Positions 1-12,780 of a stretch of DNA of 64,000 nt are shown here, piece after piece. The position numbers and the translations under genes are program-made. The stretch's first letter is position 1. Every line of letters starts with the position of its first letter. Source of the DNA: Camelus ferus (taxonomy: Eukaryota); contig NC_045697.1 of assembly GCF_009834535.1 (NCBI RefSeq), positions 72,232,001 to 72,296,000 on the forward strand, in the 5' to 3' direction. The notes below the pieces were generated by a model, which saw only the letters and a list, made by a program, of their open reading frames with translations, was not told the origin of the DNA and ran no database searches.

Positions 1-900
1 TCCTCACCCCCTGCAGTCGGGCTCCATTCCCCCAACAGCACCAGGGCCCTTTTCCTTGCAGTGACCAGCATCTGCTCCCATCTGGTCCCCATCCTTCTTG
101 TCTTCTCAGACACTCCCAGCACGTTTCACAGGTAGCCACTCCCTCCTGCTTCAGACCGTCCCCTCTTGGCTTTTCCACAGCACGCTCCTCTCGCTGCTGC
201 CTCCACACTCACCTTTTACTGACGCAGCCTCCAGGGCCCTGTCCTGGGCCCTCCTTGCCTGTCCTTACCTACTCAGGACACTTGATACCCCTCACCCAGA
301 CTCGGCGCTGGCCACGCCAGGCTAAAGCACTGCCGCCCCCCAGGAGGTTAGGCCTGCCTGCGAACACGTGCTGGTCCCAAGCATCGCGCATCCAGCCCGC
401 CCAGAAGGCTTCCTCCTCTCCCGACCACCACCCTCGTCCAGCCACCCTTCCTTTCTTGCCTCAATTCCCACAGCAGCTCCCAATCCATCACCCTGTTTCT
501 GTCTACCCACCTTCAGTCCATTCTCTACACAACAGTTAGTGTGATTCTTTTCAAAAATGGTGTCACACCTGTTATATTCTCCAGTTCATTCGTCCATTCA
601 GCAGATCTCTACTGAGCGCGTCCCCAGGGCCCAGCACTGTTTTGAGGCAGTGAGGTGGGCGGTGAGCGACCAGCGCAGCGGCCCTTCCTTCCCCTTTCAC
701 ACATAGCGTTCATTCAACGGCCCCGCAGCTCCCATGCGCGCCCGCCGTCTGCTCCCCCGCCCCACCCCCGCTCACTCGTCCGATCCAGGCTCAGGGCCTG
801 TGGCCCTTCTCCTCCCCTTCCCTGCGAAGAGCCTTACCTGGCTGGCTCCTTCCTGCCACGCAGGTTCAGCACCAGTGTCGCCTTGTCTGGTGGGCCTTCC
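1..900 (+). mobile_element. Degenerate L2 LINE fragments in the last NFKB1 intron
   Basis: L2-like motifs such as cagtccattctctacacaacag...gtgattctttt. An opposite-strand L2 tail (ttcattcgtccattcagcag...actgagc) lies near 586-650. Confidence 0.5.
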
Positions 901-1698
901 TAGTGGGTAGGGTAGGAATTGTACACACTTGAGAAAGGGTTAGTACTTCCACCAGGAAAGCCACCCACATCTCCCATCTCGACCTGATGCCACTTCCACA
1001 CAAACAGGTAAATACTTGTATTTTAAGAAGCACAAAGCCCTTGATTTGTAGTTATTTTTAAAATACCTCACAGTTCCTAGCACATAACAGAAACCCAGTA
1101 AAGACTGGTTGGTCAGTCAGTCTTAATATTTTAACATTAGAATTCAGTATACAGGAAGATAACATTTTGATTTGTGTATGTTAGACTTCCGTTTCCTTGG
1201 ACACTCTGTCCCTGTAGGAGATAATTCATGCTGTTCCAATTCCTAAAGACACTTTTCAACTAGAAGAATTTGACCTAATTGTCCAGTATAGACTCACTGT
1301 CATCAGAATTATTTTTTCACTCCCAAAATGTTTTTGAGGCAGTGTATAGTTTAATAAGCCTATGAGGCCCAGAGGGAGATCTCATTTTTAGTTCCTACTT
1401 CTGTCACCAGTTTGTTTTGCCTATGTTCAGCAATTTCCCCAGCTATAAGATAGGTAATATAGTGGGTGGAAAAATACATCTAATTTCTAAGAAAAAAAGG
1501 TACACTTTGAGTCAAGAGAATTCAGAAAGGATTCTGATAAACACGAGGCTAGATTTCAAGAAAGAGGTGAAAACACTTGGCTGATTTTGCTGTTTTCACA
1601 CATTTTACATTACTCGGTGTTTTCTGCCTGCATCCCACCGCGAACACCAGAGACAAGCCGGGCGGCGTAGGTGGGGTGTGGTAGCTGGTGGAGGCTAA

Positions 1699-1983
<285 letters not shown>

Positions 1984-2011
1984 CCTGCTGGCAGTTTCCA
2001 ACATCGTGTAA

Positions 2012-2018
2012 ACCAAAG
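2012..2018 (+). promoter_or_regulatory. miR-9-5p seed match (ACCAAAG) in NFKB1 3' UTR
   Basis: ACCAAAG at UTR positions 29-35 is complementary to the miR-9-5p seed. miR-9 repression of NFKB1 is established. Confidence 0.75.
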
Positions 2019-2591
2019 CTCTGAAATTCCACCGCACTGTCTGTGTGAGAAGGAAGGTTAAGTGCATCCCAAGGTGCTCAGAGGAACGCCGGCCTGCCTG
2101 GATCGTTCGGGATGTCATTCAGGGCCTTTTACACGTGGCTTTCTTTCTGAGTTCCTAATGAGTTTTACTTCAGTTGACTTACAGATGGCATGTACAGTCA
2201 CAGCCCTCGGCTGGGCTGGCGACCCAGGGGGGCTGAAGTGGTTTGCTGTGCTTTACCGGCTGCTTTCTGTTGTCATTGCTGCTGTCCCTCTGCTGCTTTC
2301 CCACTGTCATTAAAAGCTGCCGCAGTCCTCTCCCCATCTGGTGGTCTCTCTCGCCATCCACATCACAGCTGTGCATTCAAATTAAAGATTACTGGGCTTT
2401 TCCTAACGAGATTATCTGATCTGAGAAAAGAATATGTACATGTCAATATTTAAACATGGTTACAATCAGTGCTGAAAGTGGTATTTTCCCCCTTTTCTGC
2501 ATTTTGCTATTGTAAATATGTTTTTTAGATCAAATACTTTAAAGGAAAAAAATGTTGAATTTATAAATGCTATTTTTTATTTTACTTTTAT

Positions 2592-2597
2592 AATAAA
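2592..2597 (+). terminator. NFKB1 polyadenylation signal
   Basis: AATAAA about 610 nt after the stop, preceded by a U-rich stretch and followed by TCTTGTTTG (GU-rich). Confidence 0.8.
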
Positions 2598-3132
2598 AGG
2601 AAAAGCAAACTGATGACCTCATCTTGTTTGATCTCTACAAATACTTTTCTAAGGACTGTTCCTTGTAGTCATGGGATCCTTCCACAGCCTGGTTATCACA
2701 TGCACAGTTCTCTAGAATCCATTTTTTGATCCAGAAAGGAGCCAAAAAAAAATTATCAAAAGAGAAGCGCTGTAACCTGAGATGAAATCTTTGGGTTTGT
2801 CACATCCTTGCTAGGCTCATTTCATTTAGGCTGCATCACCCCGCCTTCCTGCATCTCATGCAAAACTGTTCCTCTTCAACCCTCAGTGTGTTCTCAGTGC
2901 CTCTGGGACTCAGTATTGAAACTGCGGCATACCAGGGGTCTTCAACAAGAAGCTCTAGCACAAAGCTTTACTGAACTACTCTTCAGTCAAAGGACTGAAA
3001 ATAAGGGAGAGGAGAAATGAAAGGGTTTAAGTGAGGTGCTGTGATGAACACTGGGATATGCTTCCAAGAGCCTTCTTCAACAACGGGCTTGTCAGCCCAG
3101 CTGCTGGGGCCACACTAAACCAGGCCTTCGTC

Positions 3133-4983
3133 GTCATTTCAACAGTCTTCACCAGGCGTAGATCCCATCTCAAGAAACCACTTTCTTGGCTCATCCATAG
3201 ACAAAACTCCTCATCTGTTTAAGGTTCATCATGAGATTGCAGGAGTTCAGTCACATCTTCAGGTTCCACTTCTAATTCCAGTTCTCCTGCATCTGCATCT
3301 CCTTCCTCCACTGAAATCTTGACTCCCTCAAAGTCTTCCACGAGGGCTGTAATCACCTTCTTCCAAACTCCTGTGAACGTTGATTTTTTGACCTCATGAA
3401 TCATGAATGTTCTTAACAGCATCTAGAATGGTGAATCCTTTCCAAAAGATTTTCAATTGACTTTGCCCAGATTCATCAGAGGAATCACTATCAATTGCAG
3501 CCATAGCCTTATGAAATGTGTTTCTTAAATAATAAGACTTGAAAGTCAAAATTACACCTCAATCCCTGGCTGCAGAATGGATGTTGCATTAGCATGAAAA
3601 TGAAAACAACATGAAACAACACTTACCTTGTTGCATATCTCCATCAGAGCTCTTGGGTGACCAGGTGCATTGTCAACAAGCACATTTTGAAATCTTTCTT
3701 CCTGAGAAGTTGGTCTTAACAGTGGGCTTAAAATATTCAACAAACCACGTTGTAAACAAATGTGCTGTCATCCAGGCTTTGTTGTTCCATTGACAGAGCA
3801 CAGGCAGATTAGCTTTAGCATCATTCTCGAGGGACCTAGGATTTTCAGAATAGGAAATGAGAATTGGCTTCAACTTAAACGTACCAGCTGCACTAGCCCC
3901 TAACAAGAGAGGCAGGCTGTCCTTTGAAGCTTTGAAGCCAGGCGTTGACTTCTCTCTAACTATGAAAGTCCTAGATGACGTCTTCCAATGGAAGGTTGTT
4001 TCATCTACATGGAAAATCTGCTGTTCAGTGTAGCCACCTTCATTAATGCTCTTAGCTAGATCTCTGAATGGATAACTTGACGCAGTTTCCACATCAGCAC
4101 TTGCTGTTTCACCTTGAACTGTGATGTTATGGAGATGCCTTCTTTCCTCCAACGTCATGAATCAACCCCTGCTGGTTTCAGACTTTTTGTCTACAGCTTC
4201 TTCACTTCTCTCAGTCTTTACAGAACTGAAGAGTTAGGGCCTTGCTCTGGAATAGGCTTTGGCTTAAGGGATGTTGTGGCTGGCTTGATCTTCTATCCAG
4301 ACCACTACAACTTTCTCCACATCAGCAGTAAGGCTCGTTTGCTTTCTTATCGTGTGTGTTCACTGGAGTAGCACTTTTCATTTCCTTCAGAAACTTCTCC
4401 TTCGCCTTCACGACGCGGCTAACTGGTGCAAGAGGCCTCGCTTTCAGCCTGTCTTGGCTTTCAACACGCCTTCCTAAGCTCAATCATTTCTAGCTTTCCA
4501 TTTAAAGTGAGAGATGTGCAACTTCTCCTTTCACTTGAACACTTTGAGGCCACTGGAGGGTTATTAATTGGCCTGATTTCAGAATTGTTGGGTCTCAGGG
4601 AATAGGGAGGACTGAGGAGAGGGAGCGAGACAGGGAATGGCCATTCAGTGGAGCAGTCAGAACACACGCATCATTTTTCAATTAAGTTCACCATCTTGTC
4701 TGGGCATGGCTTGTGACACCCCAAAACAATTGCAACAGTACCATCAAAAATTACTGATCACGGGTCACCATAAGGGATAGAATAATAATGATAATGAAAA
4801 AGTTCAAAATATTACAAAAATTACCAAAATGTGATGCAGAGACAGGAAGTGAGCAAATGCTGTTGGAAAAATGGTGCCAGTAGACTTGCTCCATGCAGGG
4901 GTTGCCACAAACCTTCAATTTGTAAAAAATGCAGTATCTGCAAAGCACAATAAAGAAAAGCGCAATAAAATGTGGTATGTGTG
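3133..4983 (-). mobile_element. Tigger1 (TcMar-Tigger/pogo) DNA transposon, 3'-truncated
   Basis: Broken transposase pieces ([40 protein letters not shown]). The 5' terminal sequence ...gcagtatctgcaaagcacaataaagaaaagcgcaataaaatgtggtatgtgtg is followed by TA. Confidence 0.92.
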
Positions 4984-5209
4984 TATTCCAGTTTTTGAAA
5001 GTTGTATTTTTAAAGTGAAAAAAAGCATAGCTCTGCATCGCCTTAATTCTCCAACAGCAGGCCATACCTCCACTCCTCCACCAGCTCCTCTCTGCGGCAA
5101 AGGGTTATTTTCCAGGCAGCCACAAGGTCCCCCGCCTTACAGAGTCATGCCGACATTCCTCCTCCTGCGGGGAGGGACCTACATCCCTTCCCTGTACATC
5201 AAGGCGGGC

Positions 5210-5615
5210 CCGTGACAAGGGTGGAAGTGATGCTAAGTGACTTCCAAGGTTAAGTAAGAAAATGCAATACAACTTCTGCCCAGTCCTCCTGGGTCAGGTC
5301 TCTCCCAGTTACCATGCTTTGAGGGAGCCAAGTGGCCATGTGGAGAAGCCACATGAGGCCATGTCAGGTGTTTGACCAACAGCCTTCACTGAGGTCCCAG
5401 CCAATGCTGGCATCAACCGGGCAGCAGTCGGCAGATGTGTGTGAGTGAAGCCTTGAGAGCATGCCAGCCAGTCACACTTGAGTAGCCTTCAAGCTCCTGA
5501 GCTGATGCTGCCCAAGGGGAGACCCTGGTCTGCTGAGCCCTGCCCAAATGGCAGGCTCATGAGTAAATTAAACAATGGCTGATGTTTTAAGCCCCAGGTG
5601 TGGGGTGGTTTGTAG
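5210..5615 (+). mobile_element. MaLR (MLT1-family) LTR
   Basis: Characteristic motifs gaagtgatg...gacttcc, ccacatg, and ccctgcccaaat...atgag...gttttaagcc...ggggtggtttgt. Confidence 0.7.
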
Positions 5616-8547
5616 CCATCCCCAGGTCTCTAGCCCGACAATTCCCACACTAGAAAGGTCACTTTGAAGAGAAGCTGACTCCAACAGAAACGAGGAAGCA
5701 GTTCACACCCAGACCAAAAATAACACTCCCCTTCTTCAATAAGAAGCCCTATTTCTATTCTGTTCCAGAAACTTCCTCTTTCTGCTCCCAGGTCGCAGTG
5801 CTGGCCTGACCCTCTGCGTGGTGCTTGGACGAAAAGGCTACCAAGGCTGGCTGTGCCTCTGAGGGAGGAGTGTCTTTCATTCTGCACCAGCCGATGGGGA
5901 TAAATGCCAGAAGGCATGCGGGAGACAGGTGGACAGCTACAATGGGCCCGAAATAAACCTTCCCAGAAAGCCTGTCTCTCAGCAGGAAGCCGTTTATAAA
6001 TAGCGTCCTCAGAACCTTAGTTATCTTTCGAACGTTCTATACTCTGCAAGCACAACGGGGTCTTTCCCAGGATCAGCAGTCTTCCCTTTCTGGCCGCAGC
6101 AAGCCCTGCTGCTGCTCATCTGCCCGCCCGCGTCCCCTGCCGTGGTCGGACGTAGTGTGGACAGTCCCAGTCGCCGTGGGCCACGGAGGGCAGCCCTGCA
6201 AACCAGACCTTCTGCATCTTAGCGGGAAAAGAGGGGAAGGGGCCAGGCGGATTTGAGCATTTGTTACATGCCAGCCCCTTTGCTGTAATGGATTCTGGTG
6301 ATAGTCTTCAAGTCAGCCCTAGAGGGTACATATTTAACCCCAATTTTACAATGAGGAAACAGATAATCTGCATATTAACCAACTTACCACAGATTCAAAT
6401 CCAGGTGTATCTGATTCCACGGGTTATTCTTTAACCAGGTCTGAAACCCTCTGAAGTCCTATATTTTAAAGAGAAAGAAAAACATCCATATGCACCTGTA
6501 CAAAGATGGCAGTCGTGATGTACCCCAGGCAAAATGCAAAGTGAACCCCGAGTATCACCACAAAGCTTTGTTGCTTAAATGTTAATGTGACTTAGTTTTC
6601 CCCCCAGTAACAGGCTAAGATGCTTACATATGAATTATTCATGGACCAGAGGCTCGGGTTACATCTTTTCTCCTCCTTATTTTGTTTTTCCGGGGATTTG
6701 TTTTTGCTTTGCGTTGTCCTTCCCCGGGTAATGGACTTAGAGAGGCACAGGAGTCAAGATGAAACTACAATTCTTTTATTTTCTTAAGGATCGCAGAACT
6801 CAGAGTTAGACGAGATCTTAAAGATCACTTAAGTAAATCATCCACGTTGGCTTCTCTTTTTAAGCAGCCATGTTGTGAAAGCATCTCCTCCCTGTATCCT
6901 CACTGTGGCTGCTGTTTCGTTTAAATACCAACACAGGTTCCCGTCCAGCGGTTTCCTAGGATCATCACTTGGCTTTGGGGTTGGGGGAGACGCTGAGGAG
7001 GGGCTTGAAATTAAATGGATGGAATTCTCCATTATCATGGATCCCACCGTGTCTACAATAGGCTGCTTTCATCACCTAGGACAAGTGACTAGGTCCACAA
7101 ACTGCTCACGCTCCTCGGGATGAGCAGGAGGAAGGGGCTGAGACAGCATCTTCTCACTTCCAGCAGCAAGCTTCCATGTTGATCTCTCTTTCCAAAATGA
7201 GTATGTCACTGAGATATCACAACCACCCTCCAGGAACGGAGACGTGTATTCAGCCACGATTTCTTGAGCATTTGCCAAATGCCAGGCACTACAATGAGTG
7301 GTCATCACTCATCGTTCCATATTACTTGTTCAAAACCTCTGTGAAGTAAGGACTTTGGTGCTATTTTACAGATGAGGAAACCAAGGCACACATAAAGCAT
7401 TTAACTACAGGATCTCCTGACTCCAGTAATCTGTTTAAATAAACCACACTTGCAGCCAGGGGATGGGGGTGAGTAAGGTGTCTCTCTCCCAGTTAGTCAT
7501 GAAGGGATCCAGGCTGACAGTGACTCTTCCTCCAACCCTTGGCTCCCAAGGTCTTGCTGGGGGTGATGGTCCCAGTCAGCTGGAAGGGAGAGCACAGAGG
7601 AGTACACGGGGCCATTCAGAATGGGTCCCTTCCTCCCTCACATTGCACTGGAGAAAAACTTTAGTCCCACAGCCCCATTAAGAGCAGGAAGACCATGTGG
7701 GTGATCTATTTTTGTTTGCAATATTAGGAGGGGGGTTGCTTTGGGTGAACATCTGATGAACAGTTCCCAGTCTCTGGCACAAATCAAAATTCCTTACCTA
7801 AGGGATGGAGGCTGAACCCGAAGTTCCTTCTAGTTCCAACTTGTGTGCAAACATTCACTCACTCTGAAAGTCACCTGCAATGGCAAATAGCCATCACCAA
7901 AGTCAAAATCATGTCCCAGGATTAAGAAGGGAAAATACGCTGTAAGAATGAAGTCACAGGTTCTCCTAAGGAACTCCTCAGAGATGACCAAGGGTATTAG
8001 ATCAGGTCGGATGGGGGAGAGGTACCGCACCAAGGCCTCGTTGCCTTTGCTCTGACTCAGGACCACCACCCCTACCCACCCCTGGCTCTCCAGCCTCCAT
8101 GGTCTGTAGTCCCTTAAACATGAGACCTTGAGTACATTGATGCTAAGGTTGAGGGTCTTCAAGGGGCCATGGCCCTTAGGATCCCACATGAAGGAAAGGG
8201 ACAGGCAAGTTCATCCTTCTTGTGATCTACAGAGAACTAGCAGGGCCCTGATTCTCATTTTTCAGATGAACGGAAAAGGGGCAGAAATTCATCCTTGGGG
8301 AAATACTATTCTCTCCTGGCTGGAAGAATACCAGATGAAACAGAATTCTAGCAATCCCTTCTCCCAGGCTTTCTCCTTAGGACCCCGGGAAGCAGAGGTG
8401 CTACTGAAAATGATGAGATGACACTTCGCGTATGATGGTGTCAGATCAGGGAGGGTTACGAGTTGATGCTGGATACTAGACAGCCACGTTGCTAGATCCA
8501 TTCTATGGCTAGAAGAGAGATTTTTTTTTCTCATTTCAAAACTGTCT

Positions 8548-9181
8548 TACCATATGATCTAGCAATCCTACTCCTGGGCATATATCTGGAGGGAACTCAA
8601 ATTAGAAAAGATAGATGTACAATAGCCAAGACATGGAAACAACCTAAATGTCCATTGACAGATGACTGGATAAAGAAGTTGTGGCATATTTACACAATGG
8701 AATATTACTCAGCCATAAAAAAAGAATAAAATAATGCAATTTGCAGCAACATGGATAGATCTGGAGGTCATTATTCTAAGTGAAGTAAGTCAGAAAGAGA
8801 AAGACAAATGCCATATGATATTTATATGTGGAATCTAGAAAAGAAAAAAGAAAAACAAAGACACTAATGAATCTCCCCACAAAAGAGAAACAGACTCACA
8901 GACATAGTAAGCAAACTTACAGTTACTGGGGGAAAGAGGGTAGGAAGGGATAAATTGGGAGTTTGCGATGTGAAAATATTAACTACTACATACAAAATAG
9001 ATAAAAAACAAATTTCTTATGTATAGCATAGGAAACTATATTCAATATCTTATAGTAACCTATAATGAAAATATGAAAACAAATATATGTATATATATGA
9101 GTGAAACATTATGCTGTATACCAGAAATTGACACATTGTACTTGACTATACTTCAATTAATTAATTAAAATAAATTTTTAG
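8548..9181 (+). mobile_element. 5'-truncated L1 (ORF2 end plus 3' UTR)
   Basis: Translates PYDLAILLLGIY...[30 protein letters not shown], followed by a 3' UTR and A-rich tail. Confidence 0.9.
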
Positions 9182-10944
9182 AAAACTATTTTGCAATTTC
9201 CCTTCCCTTTCCTAAGGCAAGAATTTACAACTTAAGATTTTTTTGCTTCAAAAATTTAAATGAGAAACTTCATGCCATGAACTTTTTCCTTTGGCAGGAC
9301 ACCTGTTCGTCACTTTGTTCAAATGAAAATGTTCGCTTTTGCTTTTGAAATAAATTTCCTTTGGTAATTTTGAAAAAAAAAAAGAACCTGAAAAAACCAA
9401 AACCAAAACTTTTAAACATGAATGCTGTTATTTACAAAAGATTTTCAAATATTTATTCTCATAACAACCTAAGAGGTAAAAAGCGTGGGGGCAGTTAATT
9501 CCTGCCATTTTCCACAGAAAGACAACGACGCTGATGTGCCCAGGGTCCTCAGTCCAGTGTAAAGAGTGAGGGCTGGACTTGGCCTTCAACGCTCACACTG
9601 TGCTCCTTGGCCTCACTCCGCGGCCAATCACAGAGCAAACGGCTGCTCTGAGAGGGAAGGTGGCAGAGACGCCCAGGAGAGGGGAGGTGAAGCTGCCCGC
9701 ACACAGGCACTGACGGCTGGCAAAGCCGCGGGAAACCGGCGTCCCATCAACAAAGGACTCAGCAGCGTCAGTGTATGTGGCCCTCGCACAAGCTCTTGCA
9801 GATGGACCCTACAGGGGCCACAAGAGTCCTGCTGGGTTTCTCTCTCTCCCCATCCTCCTTCGTCTTCACTCCTCTCCTTTGGTGTTGGGGCCCTTAGAAG
9901 CTTCTCAACACCCTGCCTGGTTCTGCCTGTTTCCTTTTGCCCCTTCCCTTCCACCAACAATTCAATCCAGGGCCTCCAAAATGCTGCCCGAGGGGCACCG
10001 TGTCGATGTGGGATCCTGCCTCATAGTTGAAGCACAGCCTGGCCCAGAGAGGCTACAGGACCAGCAGTCATATCCCCATGAAGACCGACCATAGGCAGGC
10101 AGGTCCTGCCACTGGAGCAGCGCTGCCTAAGACAATCATTCCTGTCTCCTTCCTAAGTGCCACCCCCTGCACCTCGCCCATCCCTGCCTGGAACCGCAGG
10201 CCCGGGCGACCACCTCCCCTACAGATGGGGACGTACAAGCTCAGGAAGAATCTATACACTCACAGACGACTGGGCAGGTCAGCCTGACGCCAAAGCAGTC
10301 CTCATTTGTCTTCTCCTTCCCAGATCAAAACTGGGAAGGTCAAAGCCACCATTTGGCCCCGAATGCCTTCCTACCTCGCCAAAAGCACATCTTGAATGAC
10401 GAGCAACATATGCACACAGCGTATGCACCAGGGACCATTTCAGTTCCAAAAAGGCAAAGGAACTCTAGGTTTAAAGCTCCAGGAAAGAATGTGTGGGCAG
10501 CGAATCACCCAACACCCACACATCCACCCCCTTAGACAGAAGGGGGCCATGCTGGACCAGGGAAGACCCTCCTCATTTCCTATGCAGAACCGCAAGGTCA
10601 TTCCTCTCAAGTCATGCCGTAACTCACGGTTTCAGTCCTTTCCTTACTGCTCTCTGCTATGGTGCCTTTTAAGAGTTCATTGGATTCCTGCCCCATCCAT
10701 CAGCTATCCTGGAGGCTTTGTGCCAAGTGTTCATGGATTCATAGCAATTCAGTTAAGATTAAAAATCATTCAGATGCCACCTTTTTACCAAAATCGCAAA
10801 GATGAAGAGAAATGAAATAAACCCACAAGGCAGAGAGCAGAAAAGGTTACTCTGCAGGTCTGACCCTCGTGATCAGGCTCTCGGTGCTCTGCCTCTGAGC
10901 CCTGGAGCCCAAGGAGAAATCAGAGCTTAAACAAAGCTGCTCCC

Positions 10945-11055
10945 ATCCTTCTTCCCTCCCTCCCGTTCTCCCTCTTTCTCCTTCCCTACCCTCCTTTCTC
11001 CCTCTATCCCTCTCTTCCTTCTTTCTTCTCTCCCCACCCCCCACCTCTCTCTTTC
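10945..11055. repeat. Polypyrimidine (CT-rich) low-complexity tract
   Basis: About 110 bp that is almost entirely C/T on +. Confidence 0.8.
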
Positions 11056-12429
11056 AAGAAAGATCCAGCATTCCAGGGCACTGGCATCCGGTCCTCTGAG
11101 GCCTTGAGGGGTTGGGGGTGGACGCCCCACAAGCTCTTCCCTCCCTGCCCTGTTCTGGGGAAGCCTCCGGGAAACGGGTGTCCTGGCCCGGGGTGGCCCC
11201 TCCAGCCACCACCAGCCTCATTTCCTGTGCACAAGAGGCCTCTGCTGGAAGGAGCAGAACTCTGCACAGTCACCCAGCAGCTGGCCTGCCTCCTGCTACT
11301 CAACTTTTTGGCGTCAGTAAAATTGGACAGTGGCTTACCAAAATAAAAAAGGAAATTTAGAAATTTTCTCGGCTTACTGCCCGAATGTTTCTCCTCCAAC
11401 GCAGGTCACAGAAACCTGATGACTATTTTCCCATAGTAGAGAAGACTTCAATTGTTCCTTTTCTTTTGACAAGGAAAATGTAAGACCCCCAGGCCTGATC
11501 ACTCTCTCCAGCCAGAGCCACAGCAGACTGCAACTCTTGAGTAATAATCATCATAAGCCGGCATTTACGACTTCTCTACCCATCCTAGGCATCGTGTATA
11601 TATAGTCTTTATTTTATTTAATCCTCACAACTCTATGAGGTAGTGATTACTATTAACCTTGTCTTAAAAATAAGGAAACTGAGGCTCACAAGTTAGGTGA
11701 CTGGTCCAGGTTCAGTACGTGTTTGAGCCAAACTTGCATATCAGAGGGTCAGTATGAGAGTCCGAGCCCACACGGCCCCGCCCAAGGCTGGGCTATGTCT
11801 CACCTCCAAGCCCACGCCTCTGTCCGCCTGAAAGCCTTTGATTAAACAACCAGAACTCCTGACTCTGGATTAAACAAACAGAGGCTGTCTTTTTTCCTTA
11901 ATATCAATTCCAAGATGACCGGAGATAGACAGATCTAAATTTGCCATGGAATCTTGCCTTTTTAAAAAGTTAGTAATCTCTCTTTTTAAAACACCATTTG
12001 GGCCAGCAAAATCATCTGCTTGTGTATGACGTGAACCACACTTTCTACAATTGTACCTTCAGGATGACCAGGCAGGGTGAGGAGCTTACGGCTCTGAGAA
12101 GAAGACAAGGTCCTCCCCTCTCCCCTTCCAGGTGCCACTGCTGACCCCTCACTCACATGGGCTCCCCTGGATGATGCTGCTTCCAACCATCACCCAATGC
12201 CCGAGCAGGTGCCAGTCCTGCCCACCTCCCTAGGCTTCCTTTGATGACTTAACACAGAGGCAATGATAATTATAATAACTAACATTTGTTGAATAGTTGT
12301 TGTGTGCTATCAATATCTGTGCACCATCTCATGTAGTCCTCACCACGAACCTATGAGGCAAGATTATTATTACCGCCATATGTACAGACAGATTTAGTAA
12401 CTAAGATGTAGTTTTGTTTTGTTTTGTTT

Positions 12430-12780
12430 CTTATAATAACAGAGTTAGAGGATTACAGGGTTAGTCCAGCAGTTCAACATCTCTGACATCCTCCCTGTGT
12501 CAATGTTACCTCAAGGTCATAAGAAGGCTGCAGCAGCTCCAAGTATCTCCTCACACAGCAGCTTCTCAACTTCAGCCAACAGCAGACGGCTCCTCCTCAG
12601 ATCTCTTTCTTATCAAGGGAAAAAACCTCCCCCTCTAGAACCCCACATTAAGTAACACCTTATGTTTCATTTGAGAGAATTGGGTCACATGCCTAACCCT
12701 AGACCAATCACCGGCAAAGGAGAATAGGATTAGTGTAACCAGTTATGATTCAGTCCCTGGGGCTGGATGCCTAGCCACCT
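12430..12780. mobile_element. Old MaLR/MLT1-like LTR fragment
   Basis: Motifs ggctgcagcagctccaag and aattgggtcacatgcc...ctagaccaatcac. Confidence 0.45.

Larger units (their letters stand above)
1984..2620 (+). other. NFKB1: NFKB1 3' UTR (end approximate)
   Basis: Runs from the stop codon to just past AATAAA at 2592, with an AU-rich distal part. Confidence 0.8.

Noticed and set aside
3673..4158. 161-aa transposase-like ORF as a domesticated TIGD/pogo gene
   Set aside because: It is a fragment of a decayed Tigger1 with stops and frameshifts on both sides. The same applies to 56314-56577.
9566..10815. Cluster of 100-154 aa ORFs between the two genes
   Set aside because: No recognisable domain, overlapping frames on both strands, and non-ATG starts. 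This is expected in GC-rich noncoding DNA.
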